Shown: positions 57,685-64,000 of the stretch, piece after piece
Numbering within the stretch: the stretch's first letter is position 1
How the letters are laid out: each line of letters begins with the position of its first letter
DNA from: a virus
Virus record (IMG/VR): IMGVR_UViG_3300044844_000428
DNA length: 64,000 nucleotides
Strand: one strand, 5' to 3'
Notes under the pieces: generated by a model
What the model was told of the DNA's origin: nothing
Seen by the model: the letters and a program-made list of their open reading frames with translations, nothing else
Databases searched by the model: none
Position numbers and translations under genes: made by a program

Positions 57685-59490
57685 TTATCTACTTGCAGTA
57701 AAGGTGTGAGTTAAACCAGAACTACCAGATTCTGGAATTGATGTTACTGTTAATGATGCAGGTTCAATTCTAACAATATGGTCCCTAACTGACAAGATAT
57801 CGTTGGATTGCATTTTAAATGAGATAATCAATTCAGTACTTGCTAATCTAGTGACATGTAATGCAGTCAGTGATAATGAACCAGTTGAATAATTTATAGT
57901 ACCTTGATTTGTATTAGTAAAGACTGGCAATAATGTGATTGGATCAATATAGTATCTCTGAATAATTCCGTATCCATCATCTTTCAAGTACTGAATATTT
58001 GTGTTATCACCAAAAACATAGAATCCATTTGAGGTTACTGCATCCTCAGGAACTCCTGCACTATAGACAGGATTATCAATATGAAACAAATAGTTTGTAG
58101 TAACATTAAACTTTACTGGTAATGTTCTATCAATAACCAAAGTCGATATGTTACTATTGATAGCAATATCAGCACCATCAATAGCAGCCATTAGTTTTGA
58201 GTATCTAAAGATTGAATCGAATTTCTTCAAGTTTGTATTGTTATATTCCAATATAGCATTAGTAGCAGCAACCGAAATATCATAAGCAGATTTTGAAGTT
58301 GTATCTGAATTGTAGTATACTGTAGTATTGAGTTTGATATTCAAATAGAATGGTTCAACAAATTCAGGAACAATCGTTACAGTCTTTCTCGATTTCAAGA
58401 TATCATTTTTAATAATATCCTTTTCAGCGGTAGTCAATACTCCATTATATTTTGGTAGTATGGAAATGAACACTTTACCATAGACTGGAGGAATATTATC
58501 ATCTCCGCCCCACACATTAATAGAATCAATATTTGGAAACTTTGCAATAAGCAATGAACGATAATCTTCGGAAGTTACTGCTCTGTTATTAGCATTATAA
58601 AGACGTGGCGCATTGAACTTAATATCTTCAATAGTTTCGGCATCACCACCACCACTAGAAGTAGTCAATGCGACAATGTTTGTACTACTACCAAGACCAG
58701 TTGTATTGAATACTCTAGCACCATTAGCATTAGCTCTATTGGATACCATGTAGTTCATTACAATCATATTACCATTACTTACAGCACGACCAATTCGTCC
58801 ATTACCAAATTGAATTTCATACTTACCACCTTCAATTTCCTTAATGAAGTATACTGGTTCATCTACTTGAACTGATATAATGTCATCAACTTGACTGAAT
58901 TTAGTTTTTATGCTAGAGTTTGGATTGTCATAGACGTCCACAGTTAGAGTAGAAATATCACAGTTCTGATTAGATATAATATAACTTGTGGTATCAGATA
59001 CGATGTATGATTGAGTTAATGGAATGCCTTCAGTCAAAACTACATTAGTAAACTTATAAGTGCCGCCATTATTCTGAGCAACAGCAGGCGCCAAATTGTA
59101 GAATGTATATGTTGTTCCATTTACATTGGTAGTAAATGGAGTATTAGCAGAAAGTGAATACAATCCAGGATTTCCAGTAACACCAGATACAGTAATATTA
59201 ACTGTAGATTTGGCAGAAGTTGCTGATTTTGGTAAGTAACCCAATTCAAATGCTTTTGATACAACACTATTTCTTTTAACAGCAGAATCTAAGAATGCTT
59301 CATTGACTGCAAGATTAGTATAAAGTGCATTATAATGAGTATTATATGCTAGGACGTCCAGAAGCAAAGCAAGACCAGAACCCTCAAAGTTATAATCTGA
59401 TAGTTCGGTCTGACCTTGAAAGAAGGTTTTCAGATTGGATTTTATACCATCAAAATCTAAATCTTGAGTTGTGATTTTGTTATTGGCCAC
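57685..59490 (-). CDS. gp6: baseplate wedge subunit
   Basis: LDFDGIKSNLK, YNFEGSGL..LLDVLAYNTHY, RAVT..DY, PPVYGKVFISI. Confidence 0.96.
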   Translation of the reverse strand: MANNKITTQDLDFDGIKSNLKTFFQGQTELSDYNFEGSGLALLLDVLAYNTHYNALYTNLAVNEAFLDSAVKRNSVVSKAFELGYLPKSATSAKSTVNITVSGVTGNPGLYSLSANTPFTTNVNGTTYTFYNLAPAVAQNNGGTYKFTNVVLTEGIPLTQSYIVSDTTSYIISNQNCDISTLTVDVYDNPNSSIKTKFSQVDDIISVQVDEPVYFIKEIEGGKYEIQFGNGRIGRAVSNGNMIVMNYMVSNRANANGARVFNTTGLGSSTNIVALTTSSGGGDAETIEDIKFNAPRLYNANNRAVTSEDYRSLLIAKFPNIDSINVWGGDDNIPPVYGKVFISILPKYNGVLTTAEKDIIKNDILKSRKTVTIVPEFVEPFYLNIKLNTTVYYNSDTTSKSAYDISVAATNAILEYNNTNLKKFDSIFRYSKLMAAIDGADIAINSNISTLVIDRTLPVKFNVTTNYLFHIDNPVYSAGVPEDAVTSNGFYVFGDNTNIQYLKDDGYGIIQRYYIDPITLLPVFTNTNQGTINYSTGSLSLTALHVTRLASTELIISFKMQSNDILSVRDHIVRIEPASLTVTSIPESGSSGLTHTFTASR

Positions 59491-59505
59491 GGCACTTCCT
59501 TATGG

Positions 59506-60138
59506 TTATCGTGTTCGATTAAGAACTAAATCTATTTTTAGTGGTTCTGTTGTATTTATTATCTGGAATATGATTGAAATATTTACAGAATAAGATTCTG
59601 GTTTCATATCGACAACTACATCCAACAACTGAACTCTAGGTTCGTAAGCATTCACGGTATTGATAATGGACTGCTTTAACTTGATATGAGTAATTGGATC
59701 CGCAGGTTCAAACATTAATGCTTTTACCTGAGAACCTAGTTTACTATTAAAAGGTCTCTCATGATTCATAGTAAGAATCAAGTTACGTAAGGAACCTTTG
59801 ATAGCATTAGCATCATATCTTAATGCTATATCGCCAGGAGTAGAATACTTCAATTGAGTACCAGAAACTTGAAGTGATTGAGTGCTGTTAGCAATAAGAG
59901 TAAGTTGAGTATCAGATTCTATTGATTTGATTTTACCAATGAATGAACCATTAATGTAAAGATTATCATTAGGTTTAATCATATAGGAAAATAGAGTATT
60001 GGAACCTATTATGATTGGTGAAGTATCTTCACAAGTTATTAAGGAATCCGTATCCACAGGAACATCGTATCTATCTTGAGACGATGCTACTGGATTGAAG
60101 TTTAAATCTATGTCCGAAAAGGTGCGAGTGTTTTTCAT
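59506..60138 (-). CDS. gp25: baseplate wedge subunit with an inserted beta domain
   Basis: FSDIDLNF ... AIK.SLRNLILT...ERPF...GS...YEPRV. Confidence 0.9.
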   Translation of the reverse strand: MKNTRTFSDIDLNFNPVASSQDRYDVPVDTDSLITCEDTSPIIIGSNTLFSYMIKPNDNLYINGSFIGKIKSIESDTQLTLIANSTQSLQVSGTQLKYSTPGDIALRYDANAIKGSLRNLILTMNHERPFNSKLGSQVKALMFEPADPITHIKLKQSIINTVNAYEPRVQLLDVVVDMKPESYSVNISIIFQIINTTEPLKIDLVLNRTR

Positions 60139-60141
60139 TTA

Positions 60142-60450
60142 TTATCCTGCAAATACGTCTGTTGAACCTGAAGATATTGAACCAGAATCAGCACTATCGG
60201 TGTCTCTAGCAATAGCAATCCCATTTACAAATACTGAACTTGATGCTGAAGTTATTGAAGCAGTATGAGGAACACAACTATCACCAACTTTATGATTATG
60301 GATAGTAATAGTATCTCCTAATCTGCATACACCTTTGCCATTGATTATAACATCAGATGAACATTGATTGGTTGTAGTTGTAGCATCACATTGATGACCA
60401 GTTAACACAGTATCCTTTCCTGCACCTCGTGCTATTCCTTTACTTGACAT
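60142..60450 (-). CDS. gp5.4: PAAR-type spike tip protein
   Basis: TGH.C, S.DV.INGK..CR.GD, H, SS.VFVNG..IAR..D, SGS.DVFAG. Confidence 0.88.
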   Translation of the reverse strand: MSSKGIARGAGKDTVLTGHQCDATTTTNQCSSDVIINGKGVCRLGDTITIHNHKVGDSCVPHTASITSASSSVFVNGIAIARDTDSADSGSISSGSTDVFAG

Positions 60451-60467
60451 TTAGTTTCCTTATAATG

Positions 60468-60497
60468 TTGACAAGACCCACTAGATGGGTATATAAT
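60468..60497 (+). promoter_or_regulatory. orphan sigma70-consensus promoter convergent with gp5
   Basis: TTGACA-18-TATAAT; the spacer contains an ACCCA/TGGGT inverted repeat. Confidence 0.5.
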
Positions 60498-60559
60498 ATA
60501 TCTAATGGGTTTTAAACGATTCATAAGATATAACCTGAATCAATTACAGGTACATTCTA

Positions 60560-63394
60560 TTAATCCTTAGCAAAGAACTTAAATAATCCAGTTGAACCAG
60601 AAGCAGGTTGTCCTGATGAATTAACTGGTTTATCATTAATCATAGTAAATGCTCGTTTCTGATTGCCTTGAGTTGAATAAGATACATGAATCCAGTTTGA
60701 AGCACCACCATTTCTATATTCAAATATCAATTGATTATATGGCAATAGTTTTTCTATTTTCATTACCAATGTGTACATTTCTGTAATGGATCTTTTAGGA
60801 TGTAATTGGAAATCACAAGCACGACCTTTATTATGATCCGAACCGTCACCTGAACCAGCAACACTTCCAGGATTCCGTAGTCCAGAGTTAATTTTCCAAG
60901 TGCCATTACTACTCATATCAGTACATGGTCCTAATAAATCATATATTGGTTCTAAACAGTTTTCACACAATGCTGCTAAATTAGCCACCAGTTCCTGTTT
61001 GGTATACATTCTAGTAGGAGTTCCAGCTTTTTCACTCTTACCACCAGGTAACATTTGGTCTCGTAGAACATTCTTATCCTTAATGAGCATTCCAAGAGTA
61101 AAGTGTTTGGATAGTGGGTAACTCATAGGGAAATCAGATTTAGCATCAATTTCTGCTTTCTTGGTAGCCGATAATCCTTTAGATGAACTTGACCCACCAG
61201 ACAAAGAAGGTGCGTCAACTATATTACCGTCATCATCTTTAATAGTATTAGTAGAAGATTCTCTGTTTGCTAATTCATCTTTTGCTTCTTCTGTACTATC
61301 TCTAGCAGCAATTGCTTTAGCACCTTTTACGCTAGCAGCATCTTCTTCGGTGTCATATCTCATTTCTGATATTCTATCAGGTGATGGTAAATTATCCAAT
61401 ATTGTATTATTTGGTATTGCTACTGGAGGAACTACCAATCTTCCTTTAGAAACCCCTGCTGCTTGAAGTGACGTTTTAGTTTCGATTGGCTGATCAGCAT
61501 ATTTCTTATCATATACATCTGGAGTAGTTCCACCAAATAATCCTTTAATATCATCTGACAATGGTAACTTATTAATAACAGAATCCATTACCGATTCACT
61601 TAAAGTATTAGGATTGAAGTCCCCTGCTGGATTAAGTGACGTATCAACCAATACGTGTTCTTCTGTATTAGATTTAGTATCACCTTTAAAGTCTACTGGT
61701 TTCTTAGGAGTTCCTAATTTATCCAATGTTGGTATTGTTTCATCAGGATCATTAAGATTAATTTTTGTTCCTTTAGCACTTAATTGACCACCAGCATTTA
61801 ATTTGAGAGTCTCGGTCGTTTCGAATTGAATAGATTTGGCTTTAATTTGATAAGCACCATCTGTTTCTATTTTGATATCACCTGAAAGTTTCATAAGAGT
61901 TTCAGCAGTAGATTGAGTATCCCCACCTTCCATACTGATATTCTTTTGAGTCTTCAATTTTAATGCATCGTTGGATTCAAGTGACATAGTACCAATAGTA
62001 CGAGTATTGAATGTCTTGCCAACTTCAAGATTATAGTTACCTTCAACAAGAACATTCATATCGCCACCGACAGCAATATTCAAGTCTTTAGCAACACCAA
62101 TATTAGCATCATTATGAAGAATAATATCACTAGTACCATTTACTTCAACGGTAGCATCTCCACCACATAATAGATTGGTATTTCCATTGATTGTAATATT
62201 ACAACATCCATTAACAAATATGTTACCATTATGTTCTACGATATAATATCCATCACCAATGATATGATTGACTTGAGTACCATTAGCATCAATTTCAATA
62301 AATGTGCCTTTCTTATGATACAAGTTTACACGTTCACCAGCAGGACTATCATCAAATTCAAGAACGTGACCACTTTCAGATTCAAACACTTTATTGTAAG
62401 GATAAACGGAACTAAATCCTGCTCTAGGTTGTTCGTAACTTCCTCCATTAGGAGTTGGTATCGATTTGTGTCTAGTCTGGTCTTTATATTCGATATTTGT
62501 ACCTTTAAGAATTCCACGAGCAAGACGATTAGTATCTGGCTCATTCATGTAATCCCTTAAAGGATACTTACCTTCTGGATCTGTAAATCCATTCTTATCA
62601 AAATTCTCATCCCTTGGTTCGGTGTATGCTTCTTTCTTATGTGGAGGAGCAGTAGCAATTTCTTTAGGAGTTTTCTGAATTGTAGATGTAGCTGGATCTT
62701 TATCTGATGCCGGAGCAGGAGCAGGTTTTCCACCTAAAAAGTATTCATTATATCTTCTTTTTAATGGCCATCTATCTTGAAGTCCTCCAACAGCTTTCAA
62801 CGCATATTCCATAAATCCAGGACTATGCTGAGCAGTCTTCCAATCTTTCATTTTCCATTTGAGGAATGCTACAACATATTTTGCATTAGTAAGAATTGCT
62901 TCATCACTTTCACCTTCAAGTAATTCTGGATTCTTTAAAAGATCGATATTTGGATCACCAATACGCTTTGACATTTTATCATAAGCATCAGAAAATGTCA
63001 ACTGAATATAACCACGTCCGTAGTAATTACCTTCAGCAGCAGATTTTCTTAATCTAGTACCATACAACCATCCAAAATATTCAACCTTTGAGATTCCATT
63101 CTTCTTTGCATTACTATATTTCTGTGCATCGGCTTCTGATACATTTGAAAATTTACCACTAGTCAAAAGTTTATAACTATGTGGATATCCTTCAGCAATA
63201 CATTGCCATGCAGATTCACCTCCAGCAATAGCCAACATAGCACATTGAGCATATTTTGAAGTAAATCCTCCAGCAATCATTTGTTCTTTGATTGCCTTAA
63301 TACCTTTCATAGCAATCTGGGCTTTGTGTCCAGTCAGTTTTGCTTCAGGTGGCGGAGTATCTGGTATAGGTGCATCTACTATTGGATCTGCCAT
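60560..63394 (-). CDS. gp5: baseplate hub/spike gp5 C-terminal gene: GH19-like lysozyme, beta-helix and peptidase M15
   Basis: YYGRGYIQLT...LLKNPEL (GH19-like); YPYNKV.ESESGHVLEFDD.P.GER (gp5); INSG.R, SDH..G.ACD, QLIFEY, WIHVS (M15). Confidence 0.9.
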   Translation of the reverse strand: MADPIVDAPIPDTPPPEAKLTGHKAQIAMKGIKAIKEQMIAGGFTSKYAQCAMLAIAGGESAWQCIAEGYPHSYKLLTSGKFSNVSEADAQKYSNAKKNGISKVEYFGWLYGTRLRKSAAEGNYYGRGYIQLTFSDAYDKMSKRIGDPNIDLLKNPELLEGESDEAILTNAKYVVAFLKWKMKDWKTAQHSPGFMEYALKAVGGLQDRWPLKRRYNEYFLGGKPAPAPASDKDPATSTIQKTPKEIATAPPHKKEAYTEPRDENFDKNGFTDPEGKYPLRDYMNEPDTNRLARGILKGTNIEYKDQTRHKSIPTPNGGSYEQPRAGFSSVYPYNKVFESESGHVLEFDDSPAGERVNLYHKKGTFIEIDANGTQVNHIIGDGYYIVEHNGNIFVNGCCNITINGNTNLLCGGDATVEVNGTSDIILHNDANIGVAKDLNIAVGGDMNVLVEGNYNLEVGKTFNTRTIGTMSLESNDALKLKTQKNISMEGGDTQSTAETLMKLSGDIKIETDGAYQIKAKSIQFETTETLKLNAGGQLSAKGTKINLNDPDETIPTLDKLGTPKKPVDFKGDTKSNTEEHVLVDTSLNPAGDFNPNTLSESVMDSVINKLPLSDDIKGLFGGTTPDVYDKKYADQPIETKTSLQAAGVSKGRLVVPPVAIPNNTILDNLPSPDRISEMRYDTEEDAASVKGAKAIAARDSTEEAKDELANRESSTNTIKDDDGNIVDAPSLSGGSSSSKGLSATKKAEIDAKSDFPMSYPLSKHFTLGMLIKDKNVLRDQMLPGGKSEKAGTPTRMYTKQELVANLAALCENCLEPIYDLLGPCTDMSSNGTWKINSGLRNPGSVAGSGDGSDHNKGRACDFQLHPKRSITEMYTLVMKIEKLLPYNQLIFEYRNGGASNWIHVSYSTQGNQKRAFTMINDKPVNSSGQPASGSTGLFKFFAKD

Positions 63395-63402
63395 AATGTA
63401 TC

Positions 63403-64000
63403 CTAAAAATTAGTTTCGAAATAAGAAGAAATTGAATCTATAGTATCAAATTCTTTCGGTAATGCAAATGGAGTATATTGTTCTACTGTATATTTTTCTT
63501 GATTCAGTAAAGTGACTTCATATAGATTGGTGTATTCGTTTATGAGTGCAGTGCCAATAATCGTACTATCTTCCATATTAACAATATTGTAAGTAGTAAC
63601 AGGACCATTAGATGTCTGAACTGTAACTGCTTTGATTTGGTATTTGTCACCACGTTTCTGTTCAGTACCCGAATCGGCATTGATTTCGTCAGCAATCTGA
63701 GATACTAAATCAGTAACAATGTCACCAGTTGAACTAATAAGATCACCATCTTCGTCGGTCGATACAACACCATTAGTAACTTCAGCAATTAATGCAGCAG
63801 ATTTGGTCATTGGAATACCACCAATAGTGCCAATCATTATTGGTTGCTGTTTGAATTCATCCATAAAGATAACAATGACCCAAGTACCTTGAACCACTCC
63901 AGTAGGTGACCAACCAATGCCATTCATTGAAGCACTAGTAATTGGTCCCATAGGATGAGCCCATGGTAAATCTTTCGTTGGCAATTCAACCTTATCATGT
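63403..64000 (-). CDS. gp5: gp5 N-terminal OB-fold gene (5' end outside window)
   Basis: LPTKDLPWA.PM.PITSAS..GIG.SPTG.V.GTWV...F.D...QQP...GT. Confidence 0.88.
   Translation of the reverse strand, partial: HDKVELPTKDLPWAHPMGPITSASMNGIGWSPTGVVQGTWVIVIFMDEFKQQPIMIGTIGGIPMTKSAALIAEVTNGVVSTDEDGDLISSTGDIVTDLVSQIADEINADSGTEQKRGDKYQIKAVTVQTSNGPVTTYNIVNMEDSTIIGTALINEYTNLYEVTLLNQEKYTVEQYTPFALPKEFDTIDSISSYFETNF

Noticed and set aside
63392-63405. Stop-codon recoding (TAG readthrough) joining the gp5 parts
   Set aside because: The downstream ATG is out of frame with the TAG. Core genes are intact in the standard code and no suppressor tRNA is present.

Overview
AT-rich segment of a large T4-like (Tevenvirinae/Kyanoviridae-type) myophage genome. 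Almost all genes are on the minus strand. In coordinate order it holds: the 5' end of the gp45 clamp gene, a DUF5664-type nucleotide hydrolase and small early genes; six tRNAs with a structured spacer RNA; gp46, gp47, gp55, uvsW, uvsY and gp3 with two free-standing homing endonucleases; the head module (gp23, gp22, gp21, gp68/67-like, gp20); gp19, gp18, gp17, gp15, gp14 and gp13; about 23 kb of accessory fibre/adhesin genes (LamG arrays, a Ser/Thr-rich repeat protein, a lipase, a 2OG-Fe(II) oxygenase cassette); and the baseplate (DUF4815 pair, gp8, gp7, gp6, gp25, PAAR gp5.4, gp5). The most notable points are these. (1) The large terminase is a fractured gene: it is split inside its Walker A motif by an atypically split intein (32-aa IntN, 121-aa IntC, Thr+1), with a free-standing endonuclease gene between the halves. 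(2) The usual gene-16 slot holds no ORF. It holds a promoter-driven, highly structured ~290-nt element followed by three GA-AC-GCA-GT-GA hairpins, a candidate RNA-primed origin or packaging element. (3) A small fibre-like gene is linked to a hydroxylase/modifier cassette. (4) LamG domains are nested inside one another. (5) Several early-type promoters point antisense into late operons. Product calls come from recognising motifs and synteny by eye; no database searches were run.
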